Counted from the first letter of the stretch, positions 30,427-45,200 are shown. The stretch: DNA of 64,000 nucleotides from Octopus vulgaris (GCA_951406725.2 OX597815.1:125488001-125552000), one strand, 5' to 3'. Translations and numbers: made by a program. Notes: a model not told the origin generated them from the sequence alone.

Positions 30427-33400
30427 CATACATACATATGTGTGTGTATATAATAACACAGATGGGTTGTGGTTAAAAATTTTCTAAGTTTTTTCTAGTT
30501 CTTTCTCAAACTATTTTACTATTAGTTGGGATAATGAACAGAGCACTGTCCCTATATAGACCACTGTGAAGATTCAGGAATATACCTTGGAGGCAGTGTA
30601 GGAAATAGATACCAACTAGATTGGTGACAAGGGCTGAGTTGTTAGATTCCATAGCAATATCGAATATGTGAGGGGTATCATGCCTCATCCACAGTTTACC
30701 CTCAAATTTGATGAGGATTCTCATAGTGAACAAAATTGTATCAATGTTTGGTGATCTATATAAAGATGATGCTATGTTTATTATCCTAATAGTAAAGTAG
30801 TTCTAGAAAGAACAGGAAAAAATCTTAACCACAACCCATCTGTAGTTCTTTATTTTTCACCTAACTTGGATCCTTCCATACATTTGGATTTAGAGTCTAG
30901 TTGATGGTGGAATACGTGCAGTGAATGTACACCTGTATGTCTTTGATGACATATTATGTATTCAGTCAGTCATTAAATATTAATTCTTTAATTTGTACCA
31001 AGTAATTCTTATTGTGTTTGTAGTATTTCTTAGTTCAAATTACTTAAAAGTGTAATATGTATACACACATGCACCCACATATCATCATCACCATCGTCAT
31101 TGTTTTAACATCCATTTTTCTATGCTTGTATGGAGCAGATGGAGTTTATTAAGGGAGATTTTCATTTGCTGGCTGCACTTCCAGTTGCCAACTCTTACCT
31201 GTTTCTTCTATGCAAGGTAAAATTTTGCCATAACCAGACATGTATTTTTCAGAATATTTATGACTATCACATGTCAAGTCAAGTAGACACAAACACACAC
31301 ACATATGTATACACACACACGTGTGTGTAAGCACAGGCATGACTACAGGTGCAAACAATACAGTTTCTATATTGTGTATTCCTAGTAAACAATGAGTGTA
31401 TGAGGGACGAATTGGGATTGCAGATTCTTTTATTCTTTTACTTGTTTCAGTCGTTTGATTGTGGCCATGCTGAAACACCACCTTAAAAGGTTTTTTGGTC
31501 ACAGAAATTGTGGCACCAGCATGGTTGCTTTTACATCGCACCAGCAGCCACCAGCCCGCAAAACTAGAATCTCTTGGCTGAGAGAGGTATGTAAAGGACA
31601 TGCCTGTATGCATGACTGATCATGGTTTTTACTTGGTTTGACATGTCTTCTCAAGCACAGTAAACTGCCTGAAGTCTCAGTGTCTTGTCAGCTCCTCTGT
31701 GAGGTCCAACGTCTGAAGATCCTTTTTCACCACATATATAAATCTATGTGTGTGTATCTTTGTGTCTGTGCATGACTCCCCTCACTACTTGACAACTGGT
31801 GTTGGAGTGTTTATGTTACCATAACTTTGTAGTTAAGCAAAAGAGTGCAATAAAGTAAGTACCAGGCTTTCAAAAAGAAAGTACTAGGGTTGACCCATTT
31901 GACTAAAATGTGGTTCCTCAGCATGGCTGCAATCAAATGACGAAAACAAGTAAAATATAAAAGATATATAAATAAATAAATTTTCAAAACTACTGATTTA
32001 TAGAAAGAAGCCAAGTGAAATTGTAGTTGCAGCCGATGCTGGTGTAATGCAACCGGCACCTATGCTGGTGGCATGTAAAAAGAACCTTTTGGGTCTTGGG
32101 CCTCATGGGGGCAATGTGGCTGATGCTGGTGTCACATAACTAGTACCTGTACCGGTGGCATTTAAAAAGCAGTTTTCGAGTGTTGGGCCTCACAGAGGAA
32201 ATGTCAAATGACCAAGACCTTTGGCAATATGCCATGCTTACGAAGAAGACCCATCAAGCAAGTTGAAATGTTAGCCATGACAGATGCTGGTGTAATGCAA
32301 CTGGCACCCATGCCAGTGGCATGTAAAAGCACTCATTACACTCTTGGAGGGATTGGAGTCTGATGTAGCCCCTAAGCTTACCAGCCCTTCTCAAACATCA
32401 AACCTATGTTAGCATGACAATGGGCATCAAATGATGTTGATGAACTATAATAGCGAACTGATATTTTGGTTCCTTTAAATTTGCTTTTCTTTTAACAAAA
32501 CTTACCTTTGGTCCTAATAATAAAATTAGTGTCACTGTAACAGTTAACTGGCAGCGCATGAAATACATTAGGAACAAATAATCAGGGTCTAATGACAGCC
32601 ATAGTCCATGTCTGCAAAAAATAAACAAATAACAAAAATTAATAGAGTGAAAATGGTGTAATTCTGTCATTTCCAACAACAGTAATTGTAGTGTTATTAA
32701 TGTATGTTCTGATATCATGGTTCAAGAAACGTTATTGTGGCTTTTTAGGACACTATGGTTGGGAGTAAGGTTACAAACATGCTTAGTTTTCATAAAATAT
32801 AGATATTAGTGTAGGTATGGTTGTGTGATTATATGTATAGAAAAAATGCTTTGTAGACAAAGTCATGGATGTGTGTTAAGAAGCTTGCTTCCCAAACACA
32901 TAGTTCTTGGTTCAGTCTCACAGTGTGGCACTTTGGGCCAGTGTCTTCTACTATAGTGCTGGGCTGACTAAAGCCTTGTGAGTGGATTTGGTTGACAGAA
33001 ACTGAAAGCAGCCCATCATCAAAGTATTAATACTATTAATATATTATTTATATATACTATATAATAAATTGTTATATATTTTTATGATTTCACTTAAAAT
33101 TTTCACATATATTTTATTTTATATTATCTCAATCTATGAACTATATTTGGAATACAGGACAATGTAATGGATTTTATACATAATCATTATGGATTACTAC
33201 AGAAGATTTATAAAGGAGAAATATATGGATTTCAAGATTCTAATACTAAAGTGTACATACCTAAATCAAAACCAGTAATTTTTAATTCATATTTCAAACA
33301 AACACCATTTTTGCATATTACTTCCTATTTTTAAGAAACTACCATTCGATAAATTATACAAATTTCACATTTTATATCTTTGAGGAGCAGAAGTGTAGTC

Positions 33401-33650
33401 TATAAATGCTTATCAATATAGGATTCCATTATAGGGACAACACTTCTGTGAAATGATCGTAAGATGCTTTAAAAACTAAATTCAAAACTTTTAAACTGTC
33501 ATATTTATTATATATACATACTTATACATATTTACATATATTTTTATATATATTTATATTTTTTATACAACAATTATTCTACACACGTATATATCTTTCG
33601 GAAGAATTTTCTGATATTGATTTCCTGATATTATTAACAATATATCATAT

Positions 33651-33688
<38 letters not shown>

Positions 33689-36600
33689 AATATATATATA
33701 GTAAGAGGGGACATATAATATCCAGGTAGATACCAAATTTCTCTGAGTAAAATGCCAGGGCTGGTTCTGTCAGATGGTGCATTTTTTGGTAAACTTCCTT
33801 TCGCTCCTGTCTGATGTTACAGTTTATTTCATGACTACTTATGTCAGACAATTATTATGAATAAACTAACTAAAAATAAACATAAAGTTTGAATGTTCAA
33901 ATTCTTCATTCTCCTCATTATCAATATTCTACTTTAGACTCTAAAGTAGAATATTGATAATGAGGAGAATGAAGAATTTGAACATTCAAACTTTATGTTT
34001 ATTTTTAGTTAGTTTATTCATAATAATTGTCTGACACGTGTTTCGACTGCATTAACTGCATGTTGTTGCATATCTAAATGTAGCAATTTATGCACTATTA
34101 GTACAATCTCTTCAGGGTATATAAGTATGACATTGTTCGAAGAGGAATTTTCCTCTGCTGAGCCTAATTCAAACTAGTAGTGGAGAAAAATACCTCTGTG
34201 AGCAAAGTCATGCTAATACACCCTGAAGAGATCATACTAATGCATAAATTGCTGCATATAAATATGCAACAGTATGTAGTTAGTGCAATTGAAACACATG
34301 TTGGACAATTATTATGAATAAACTAACTGGAAATAAACAAAGTTTGAATGTTCAAATTCGTTATTCTCCTTATTATCAATACACACACGTGCGCGCACAC
34401 ACACACACACACACATACAGACACACAGACACACACGCAGACACAGACACACACACATGCAAAAAAGACTGACAGAATAAGTATCAGGCTTTAAAAAAAT
34501 AAGTACTGCGGCTGATTCATTCAGCTAAAAGTTCTTCAAGGCAGTGCCTCAGCATGGCTGCAGCGCCCCAGCATGGCTGCAGTGTAATGACTGTAACAAG
34601 TAAATGATAAAATATAAATGAAATAGCTTTTGGTTTCACCCTATATCATGGCACCTTGGGCAAGGATTATCTACTGTAGGTTTGGTTGACCAATGAATTG
34701 TGAGGGAAATTTGGTTGACAGAAACTATACAGAAGCCTACAAAATGCACACACATACACATACACACTGATATGTACATAATCACAAGCTTGTGCACACA
34801 TATACATATATGTATATATCATGTATGCCAGCATGTGTGTGTGTGTGTGTATGTGTGTGTGTGTGTGTGTATGTGTGTGTGTGTGCATGTGCATGTGTAT
34901 GTTTATGTCTATATGGCTTTCATAGCAGCTGTGACATTTATGTTTCAAGTAGACAATATGTACTGCAGCTTGGCAGTTTAGAGTGTAAAAACCAGTGGGA
35001 TAAAATACTTTATCTGAGGAGGAGGAAACACTGCTTTCAGAAGGGGCCTTTGTTCCTAAAATAAATACTTCCTTAAGAATTCTCATCCACTCCATGCTAA
35101 CATAGAAAAAGCAGATGTAAAAGCAATAAGGATGAGGAAAAGAATTTTTGTATAATGTCAGAAACCATTCAGTCTTCTGCTCTTATCAAATTTCCTGTTG
35201 GAATTCAAATGATATACAATAATAATTAAATTTTCAAATATTTTTGGATTCCTTGCACACAACGCTCTAAGAAGCTCCAAATATCATTCTTTTCACACAT
35301 GCATCAGGTCTCTAGAGCAGAACAGTCTGACATTAGAAGAAACAAACAAAAAAGGAAAAAAGGCTATTTTTAAAAATACTAAATTCACTACTTCAGATAT
35401 ATATTTCAGATAAATCTTGGATTAAAGTTACAGGGAAACAGATTTCATTAATATATTGAAACAACTTCCAAAAATAGACATGACCATCATGCCAGACACA
35501 AAGACATAAGCAGGAGTGTGGCACTATCAATGTGGAACTATACTCCATGATGACTTAACCATTTTCTTATAATATTGTAGTTTAAATACATTACCTTTGT
35601 TTCAATAATTACTATTTTTCAAAAATTGTTGGATTATTTTACTTTTTACTTATATCTAGCATTTGTAATAGCAATTATTTTTGTGTTGAAGAGATATCAC
35701 TGAAGATTGCATGTAGGAGCAGCACTCCATTGTGGACCTCTATAAATAGTGACAGGATGGAGAAAATAGCTAATAATTCTAATGGATATAGCTTGGAGAA
35801 GGATGGGTATTGTCAACCAGCTTTGTTATATACATTATATACAATATATCATTGGTTCTCAACCATTTTTTACCTAAGAACCTTTTTACAGGGCCAGTAA
35901 TTTCAGGTTAGTCTAGGAAAGTCGATTATATCGACTCTAAGGCTCAACTAGTACTTATTTTATTGACACTGAAAGGCAAAATTGACCTTGGCAGAATTTT
36001 AACTCTGAACATAAAGATGGACAAAATGCTACTAAGCATTTTGCCTGGCATACTAACAATTCTGCCAGGTTGCTATCCTGAAATATTGATATTCAATCAA
36101 TAATGGATTAGCTCCAACTTCTGGCCACAGTCACAGTATCTCCTCTCTCTAGCTCTGCTATTGTTTCTATAACAGCCTCCATTCCTCAGAGTAGGCTAGT
36201 CTTATATCTCCACCATACAGGCATCTCTGACTCACTTGTCTTTCCACTTCTCATCCCTCATGCTGTATCCAAGCCCTTTGATCCTGCACTGACCACTATT
36301 CCCAGTCCTTCTCCCCAGAATATTGGCCATTTGGAGTCTTCTCCCTGCCCATGTCTTCTTTCCTGCTGGTATTGAGCTGCAGTAGTTTAAATGGTACATC
36401 AATGGCATCAAGCTCACTGGCATTGGAGAGCCAATGATTATGAGCAATGTCCCTTCAACTAGACCTGAGCTTGTCTACCCTGTAGTCCCTGTTTATAAGA
36501 TTAGACTTGGTCATTTGGATGTTAAATATCTTGAACCTGGACACAAGTCTGTATTGATGGTATGATATAATCTAATGATGTTTCACGTGGTTATATATCA

Positions 36601-39434
36601 TATAGTGACTTTGTCATCTTCACTTTAATTTATCTTTTAAAAGATTTGTTAAATATATTATGAATAAAAGTCATAGAAATATGAGTAAGGCACTGTACAT
36701 CTATTAACCTAATGTGCATTTGAATGGTTGATTTATTCATTTGAATATTCTAAGAAATTAAATCAACTCCTATCTCTCTCTATCTCTCTTTTTCACTTTC
36801 TTTTTGTTCTCTGTTTCTCATGTGGTCACATATTAGCAAAAGCAACACAAATATGTCAGTAAAATCTCCCCTTTGATAGAATTCTTATATATTTCATATA
36901 AAATTCCCAGAAGAGCTGTTACTCTGATCAGGTTGATATACTAGTGAATTTATCCTCTCTAACCACACCCAGATGTTGTCAACAATTTGTAAACAGCATA
37001 CTGGCAGAATTTGATGTTAAAGAATCCTAACCATGGAGTTAATCAGGAAATTACTTTCCTGAGCAATGTTGGTCTCAAACAAACCTAAGCTTTATCAATA
37101 TACTAAAAATATTACAGAAAACTTTTCATGCCAAAATTGTGCTATATTAATGCCTTTAAGAACTACAGCCCTTCTGCTCTTTGGGAATTCTGATGGGAAC
37201 TCTATACCTCTATATACATATGGTAACCTCTTAAGTGTCTGTCATCAAATTCTAACTTGCAGGAAGGATCAAATATTCACACTGGAATGCATACTGTCAG
37301 AGCTCCAAATCATTCTAGACAAGAACAGTCTGACATTCAAAGAACCATAATTATTCAATTTCTTTGGAAAAATTTATCAAAATTTCCTGTGAGACTTAAA
37401 AAAAATACTAAATATACTGCTTTAGATAAATATTTAAAATAAATCTTAGATTATAATTACACTGAAATAAATTTCATGAATGTACTGAAATTACAACTTT
37501 CTGAAATAGACATGACCATCACAAATTTCAAAATGTAGAACAGGAGTGCAGCACTGTTGATGGAAACTGTACTCTATAAATACCCTATCTTTGTTTCAAT
37601 TAATTTTTTAAATCATGAAGTGTTTAATAAAATAGCTTTGTCATTATTAAATTGATCTACTGGAACAAATTAACAAGAAATTTCGATTGGAAATTTTTAT
37701 TTAGACTACTTTAAAACAAATAGTTTATATCATAGAACCAATGGTGGTCGCAATTGAGTTGTTAAAAAAAAAACCTTGAAAAAATTAAAACTGAAACCAA
37801 AACAAGCTACGACCCCACCACATCCAGCACAGTGAACAGTGATTCAAAGTAAAACTTAGTGAAATGGTTGTAGGGAATATAAATTTTTTGACAGGAAGTT
37901 TAATACTTTTATCACTCCACTGTTAGTGTATTTCTAAACCTTTTTATCTTACTTGTACTTGTGATGGCATTCACCCAGGGCGGGTTGAATCCTACTACTA
38001 CCATGGCAATAAATACCTTTTTATCTAGGTACAAATGTCTTGTATTTCAGAAAAAGGGAGAAATGAGGAAATGTAACATATAGGCCTTTTCCAAGGATGC
38101 TAGTAAAATAACAGAGCAGATATAATGGTTTGAAACAAGAACTGAAATAGTGTCAAAAGTTCAAATGTCTTGGCTTTGAAAGACTTACATTTTTGCTTTA
38201 TGGTGTTGGTAATGTTTTGTATCTTATTTTAATGGCTAATTTTTCCACATAAAAACATCCAAATTTTAATTAATTCTCTTTTAATAAATCATCACAATTT
38301 CTATTAGGTAAACTCACTCACCTTGCAAAATAGAGGACTGTAGAGATGAGGGTTTCATTGCAGATCGCTATTGTAATGTAACGACCCTCTCCGTAATCTG
38401 ATGGAGCTGAACGAACACAGTAGCATAAGTAAATCCCAAAAATTAGGAATAAAACTTCAACTGAAAAAACAAAAAAATTGGAAATTAAAAAAACCCCATT
38501 AGTTATTTAATTTAACAGGATGTTACAGAAAAATCACAAGAACATTTGTAATAAACAGCAAACATTTCTACTAATGAGTTTAATTATATGTGGTAATGGA
38601 TTTAATCAATTAATCTTGTTTTTTTTTTGCTTAGCTTTTGTTTTGTATCATATTAACATGTTAATATGGTTAGGTAGCTTTCGTTGATACATTTAGTTTT
38701 GCAGTTGAATGCTTCTCTTAGCTTTCAACTACTCAGTTATTCATTACTAGTGGTAACTTTAGTGAAGCAAATTGAAGTAAACAGTTTTGTGGCTTTGTCT
38801 TGTCTATCTGGGTGACACAATCCTTTCTACTATAGGCAGAAGACCTGAAATTTTGGGTAGGGGGATAGTCGATTACATCAACCCCAGTTCTCAATTGATA
38901 CTTAATTTATGAACCCTGAAAGGATGAAAGACAAAGTCCACCATGGCGGAATTTGAACTCAGAATGTGAAGACAGATAAAATACCTATTTCTTTACTACC
39001 CACAAGGGGCTAAACACAGACAGGACAAACAAGGACAGACAAACGGATTGCATCGACCTCAGAGCGTAACTGGTACTTAATTTATCGACCCTGAAAGGAT
39101 GAAAGGCAAAGTCGACCTCGGCGGAATTTGAACTCAGAGCGTAACGGCAGACGAAATATGGCTACGCATTTTGCCCGGTGTGCTAGCGTTTCTGCCAGCT
39201 CGCCGCCTTATAACTAGGTAATATAATGCCAATAGATATGACCAATATTAATAACTGTCTAACAATGTTGAATTATGACTAGAGAATTATGGTATACAAG
39301 TAGATTTAGTCTTATTGCATAGCACTTTGGGTAAATGTCTTCTACTATAGCCCTGGGTTGCTCAAAGCCTTATCAATGATATTAGTTGAAGAAAACTGAA
39401 AGACATCTGTCATGTATGTATTGTCTGTCTATCA

Positions 39435-39511
<77 letters not shown>

Positions 39512-39537
39512 CATACATCACACACACATACACATGC

Positions 39538-39572
<35 letters not shown>

Positions 39573-40849
39573 AATGTTCATGTGTAGCTTTGTCTTGACA
39601 TTATGTGATGATTGTAAATGAGCATCGTTGTCATGCAAGAGAGGTTGTTCATTTCCAGTCTTCCAGTAAAATCATGTCTTGCCATGGGAAAATATTACCT
39701 TGCTTGGAAACAGGTGAGGACTGGTAACAGGAAGGGAATCTGTCCCTTAAAAATCTGCTTCAACAAATTCCCTCTGACCTATATATGACACATGCATCAT
39801 ACAGTCTACCTTTTACTCTGTGTGAGAGACACTTTGTCACCAGCAGAAGCTCTCTGAACTTTAACCTGGCTATTCTTATCCTAGCAGCTACACTTTCAGA
39901 GCATCCACTGCCACTACTGACTGGTCCCCTAGGTAATGGAAGCTATCAACAACTTCTAGTTTTTCTCTCTGGAATGTGACAGAAGCTGTTCACAGCACAT
40001 TTTCTGTGTTTATAGCACCTGAGCATTTGCCACATACAAAAACTATCTTCCCAGTTAGCCTCCCTTTGATATTGCTGCACCTCTTATTTCTTTACTACCC
40101 ACAAGGGGCTAAATACAGAGGGGCCAAACAAGGACAGACAAACGGATTAAGTCAATTACATCGACCCGAGTGTGTAACTGGTACTTAATTTATTGACCCC
40201 GAAAGGATGAAAGGCAAAGTCAACCTCGGCGGAATTTGAACTCAGAACGTAATGGCAGACGAAATACAGCTATGCATTTCGCCCAGCGTGCTAACATTTC
40301 TGCCAGCTCGCTGCCTTCATATTGCTGCACCTCTTGTGTGTTCACAGCTTACACTGGGTACATCTTATGGAGTTTCTATCTACGCCTTTTCTACAGAATA
40401 AATACTACATGGTATCTTCTTTGATGCTCTAAAAATTCTACCACATTAACCAGGACTAGTACTTATTTTATCTCCCCTAAAAGGATGAAATTCAAAGTTG
40501 ACTTCATCAGAATTTGAACTCAGAGTGCAGAAAGCCAGGGTATTTTGTTTTTCATTCCAATGATTCTGCCAATTCACTTTTTATATAATCAAGAATATTG
40601 TTTTTATAAAGTATCATCATCATTGTTTTATCATCCTCTTTTCCATGCTCGCATGAGTCAGAAAGAATTTGTTGAGGCTGATATTCTACATTTGGTTGTC
40701 CTTCCTGTCACCAACCCTTACCTTTTCCTTTGGTCAGGCATGCTTTCAGAGAATATTTGAAATGAAGGCCACCACATGAATGATGGTGGTACTTGCTTAA
40801 AACAATCATGTGATGTCAAAACAAGGAAACATAAACACCCCTCCCCTCA

Positions 40850-40885
<36 letters not shown>

Positions 40886-41990
40886 GCTTCTTTTAGTGCC
40901 TGTCTACCAAATCATAAGACTAGCTCTCCTGAGACTATAGAAATACTTGTCCAAAGTGTCATGCAGTGGGAATGAACATGAATCGATGCAGTTAGGAAGC
41001 AAATTTCTTAACACACAACCATACCTGAGCCAGTCACATGCTCAATAAACAGTTTATTATATTTAAAATCAGAAAAAAATTAACCGTATAGAAACAGAAT
41101 CTTATCATTAGTACTATTATGTTACTGAGTTGTTGAAAACTGGGCCTTTGGATTTATTTGTGTCACATTTCTGTTAAGAACATTGGTTAGTTACTCAAAG
41201 CTAAGCTTCATTTTTATGTGCTGTTATAGTAAACATGTATTTTTCTTGCTAAGATGCAACAATGCAACTGAGAGGTGTTACAGAAACCAAGTAGAAGTTC
41301 CACACACTTAAATCATATCTCTGTGGTCTCTACATCTGACAGTCTTAAAGTGAGCTAATGTCATAAGGGCCAGCTTGGTCTCTTGGGCAGCTGTCCAGTA
41401 TCTTAATCCCATCACAATTTCACGGTGAAATAATTGCAGATCAATGCAAAGAGTTGGGGAAGGAAATGTTATGACATTGAGGGAAGCTTCTTCTTCTGGT
41501 TAGAGGCAACTGGAGGGGCCTTTGGTAAAGAATGATCATTTTCTTAAGCTGTTCTAGTTCTTTTATTGTTTGGTTACTTGTTAGTATCCTTTATACTAAG
41601 TGAAAATTCCTCTTATTTTCTTCTCTGCCCACTATACTACTTGGTTTTTGGTGTACCCCAGTCACCAACTGACCCATGACCCTGTATAAATTTTCATTCC
41701 ATAATACAATTTGTATCTACTCCTGTATCATCATCATCATCATCGTCGTTTAACGTCCGTTCTCCATGCTAGCATGGGTTGGACGGTTCGACCGGGGTTC
41801 TGGGAAGCCAGAAGGCTGCACCAGGCTCCAGTCTAATCTGGCATGTATGTATATATATATATAGGGAGAGTTTACGAAAAAAACAAAAGACGAAGACAGG
41901 TGTTGAACAAAACAAACAGATATATTAGTATAACGCTCAGGAATAGAAAAAGTCTTTTACGTTTCGAGCCTATGCTCTTCTGCAGAAAGG

Positions 41991-42033
<43 letters not shown>

Positions 42034-42208
42034 AGAGTTTACGAAAAAAACAAAAGACGAAGACAGGTGTTGAACAAAACAAACAGATATATTAGTATAA
42101 CGCTCAGGAATAGAAAAAGTCTTTTACGTTTCGAGCCTATGCTCTTCTGCAGAAAGGGACACAGAAAAAACAAGGAGTGAAATATATATATATATATATA
42201 TATATCAA

Positions 42209-42253
<45 letters not shown>

Positions 42254-45200
42254 TAGTATATTTGTAGACAACTAAAGGTGGTGAGCTGACAGAATCATTA
42301 GTATGGTTAGTGACATTTCATCCATCATTATGTTCAAATTCTACTAAGGTTAACTTTCCTTTATGTCTTTTTAGGGTTGATAAAATAAGTGCCAATTGAG
42401 CACTGGGGTCGATGTAACTGATTTACCCACTTCCCCAAAATTGCTGGCCTTGGGATAAAATTTGATATCAATATTTGAGGACAATTCAGTTGTGATGTAT
42501 AAATATAAAAAAATTGTATTAATTTCTTCAAAGTATGTAGTTTTAGATCTATGGACCTCTAGGTTACAGGTCCAACATGCATCTACTGTACTACTCTGCT
42601 CAGCAAGTGATTTAGCAAATATTGTTGACTGTTTTAGGTTACATTACTTATATTACATCATCCATCACATTATTTATTTATTCATGTTTATGCATTGGGC
42701 TGCATCATAAGTACAAAATATAGAATCTACACAATGCTTGCTGCAGCACTGGGATGTTCATTTACTAATTAAAGGTAACATTTCACTCTACCATTACTCT
42801 GAGTGTCACATTCGTCAAACCATTTGCATAGATCCATATGTTGCAAATTTGTGTCTCTTCATTTGCTATTTTCAGATCAGTCAGGAGCAAATTGATTCTA
42901 TAAATGCATCCCCAGTGAAGCATAGCAAATGAGTTTGCCAGTCATGTATACTATATGTACATGTATATACTTGTAACTCATGCACAAATTATGTGCAGCT
43001 TGGATTGATTACTGAAATATTTGATGAGCAGTTTGAAATGGAACCAACTTTTCATATCAGACCTGGGCTTTTGAAGTAAGCCCTCATTTCATGTCTGGTT
43101 TGGGCATTTTGCCAGTTTTACATGGGATTGTTTTAACTAACATTGTGGTTACAAGACAATAATGAAGCCCCTATGAAATCATTCAATTTGCTATAAATAA
43201 CAACCAAATACTCCTTAAATTACATGTTACTAGCTTGTAGGGCATTAAATAATGTAATCCTAGGTACCTTTGACAAAATGAGATGTCTGCATCAGGGAAC
43301 ACTTTAATTATTGATCTTCTTGATCAGAACTGGTTTGGAGCTAAACAACTACAATAATGACAACAATGACAATGACAACGATGATGATGACAATAACAAC
43401 AGCAACAGTGATAACAAAAACACTGAGACAATAGATTATCTTCCAAGTTTTACTGCTTCTGATTTAGTACCTAACTGCTTTGAATTCAGATATTGCCATG
43501 ATCATCTTTGCTTTTCAATCCTCACAAGTTTGATAAATTAGCACCAGTGATACAATGTTGTTGATTCTTGGATTATCTTCCCTGCTTTTCTTCACCAGGG
43601 AAGTTAGGGAATTATATCAACTCCAGTACTTGACTGGTGCTTCAGGAAGGATGAAGGGCAAAGATGACCTGAGTGGTATTTGAATTCAGAATTTAAAGAG
43701 CTGAAACAAATACTGCTAGGTATATTCACTAGTACTCTAATGGTTCTGCCTGCCCACAAACCCTGAATATTGCATAATAATAAATTCAAATTTTAAAATC
43801 TTGTGACACCCTAGATACTGTATGTGACACCCTAGGATATCATGATTCCTGAGGGCAGGGATGTCAAGCATATGGTCTGCAGTTCAGATGCAGCAATGTT
43901 TAGTCTGGTTCTTGCCTCAATTTTATATTAAAAAAATTATTATTGGTTTTGATTTTAAAATATTCAATAAAATATATATTACTAGTATGCACTTAGAGTT
44001 GGAGGTCAACTAAAGGTGTGTTTAAAGTTGGTTCCAGTTAGTAAAATCAATACAGCTAGGAGAATATTTTGTTATTTTAACCAGTGAAAAAGAAGTACAT
44101 GAATCCACATAACAGAAATGATCTATTTCTCCTTCACTTTGTATATACACATTAAGCTGAATGGCTTTTTTTTTAAAACTTCAGCTCATGTTTGAAAATG
44201 AAAGAGTTTATAGCTAAAACAGTGCAAGCTTTCTGTAAAGCACTGGTCTTCTTAAGGATTGCATACATTTATTTGAACAATTTTTATCTCTATTGTCATT
44301 CTAAAGACTCTTATTTAATGGGACTATATATACCATGTCAAAGAATTTTCCAATGTACAAACTTTGCTAATACCACATATTCTTTCTTTTTTTTTCATTG
44401 TTAATAAAGTTGTTACAATGTATATTAACTCCTTTATCGATTTACTTTGGCCTGTGTTATGAATAGGATTCTTAAGAATAATTGTCCCTATTTAGTTAGT
44501 TAGTTAGTTAGTTAATTTTGGCTCAAAAAGAAAAAAAGAAAGGGCATGTAGGGGGACATGGAGTTATGTACAGGGTGGTGTTCATGTAAAGAGTTCAGGC
44601 CACTTGTGGTCAAGGGAGGATCTAAGTTATGCTCCATCCAACCTGCAAAGAAAAAGGAATTTATCATTCCTATCCTTGGGCATAATGAAACTACAGTTAG
44701 AAACCCCTGGTTTATGGTATTGTCCTGTATACGATGTTGTTATACTATATACTGTTGTGATTATACTGTTGACTTGAGCAATGATGCTCCCTGTAAACCT
44801 ACTCCCTGTACTCATCTCTCTTCCTATTGCCTTTCTTACTTTACTACACTGATCTAGACAATCCTCTTTCCTCATTAGAAGTTCTCCCTGAATCTCTCTT
44901 CTTGCACATTCTCACCCAATTCAGTCAATATAGAAGGGAAATTTTAATCTGATTTCTAAGTGTGTTAACCTTGTTTTTGTTCTTCCTCTATTTCATCTGT
45001 AATAAGGACCAGAAAAGGATGTAGATATTCCCTACTCTTTGATCATAGGACTTTTAGCTTTACTACTTTAATTGCTGCTCAAATCCAGGTCCATCCTGAC
45101 TGACCTATAATGAAAGGCATTCCAACCTTGACTACCCCATTTTTGTGTATATCCAGAATTACATTATCCAATGTATTTTTCCTGTTTTAACATAATAGGA

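Larger units (their letters stand above)
33952..34381. mobile_element. Inverted-pLTR type Penelope-like remnant (~200-bp imperfect arms), each arm with a hammerhead-like motif
   Basis: Arms ATTGATAATGAGGAGAAT...TCTTCAGGGT and ACCCTGAAGAGA...TTCTCCTTATTATCAAT; CTGAAGA...GAAAC cores; AATAAA downstream of each core. Confidence 0.7.

Noticed and set aside
36100-36500. ORF 36232..36447 as a host exon
   Set aside because: Not needed for the GPCR frame; GKKTWA..LG..GLG..W resembles a decayed HERO-type retroelement, but support is weak.
43856-44400. hAT transposase remnant after CAGGGATGTCAAGCATATGG
   Set aside because: Only one TIR-like end and no recognisable intact motif.
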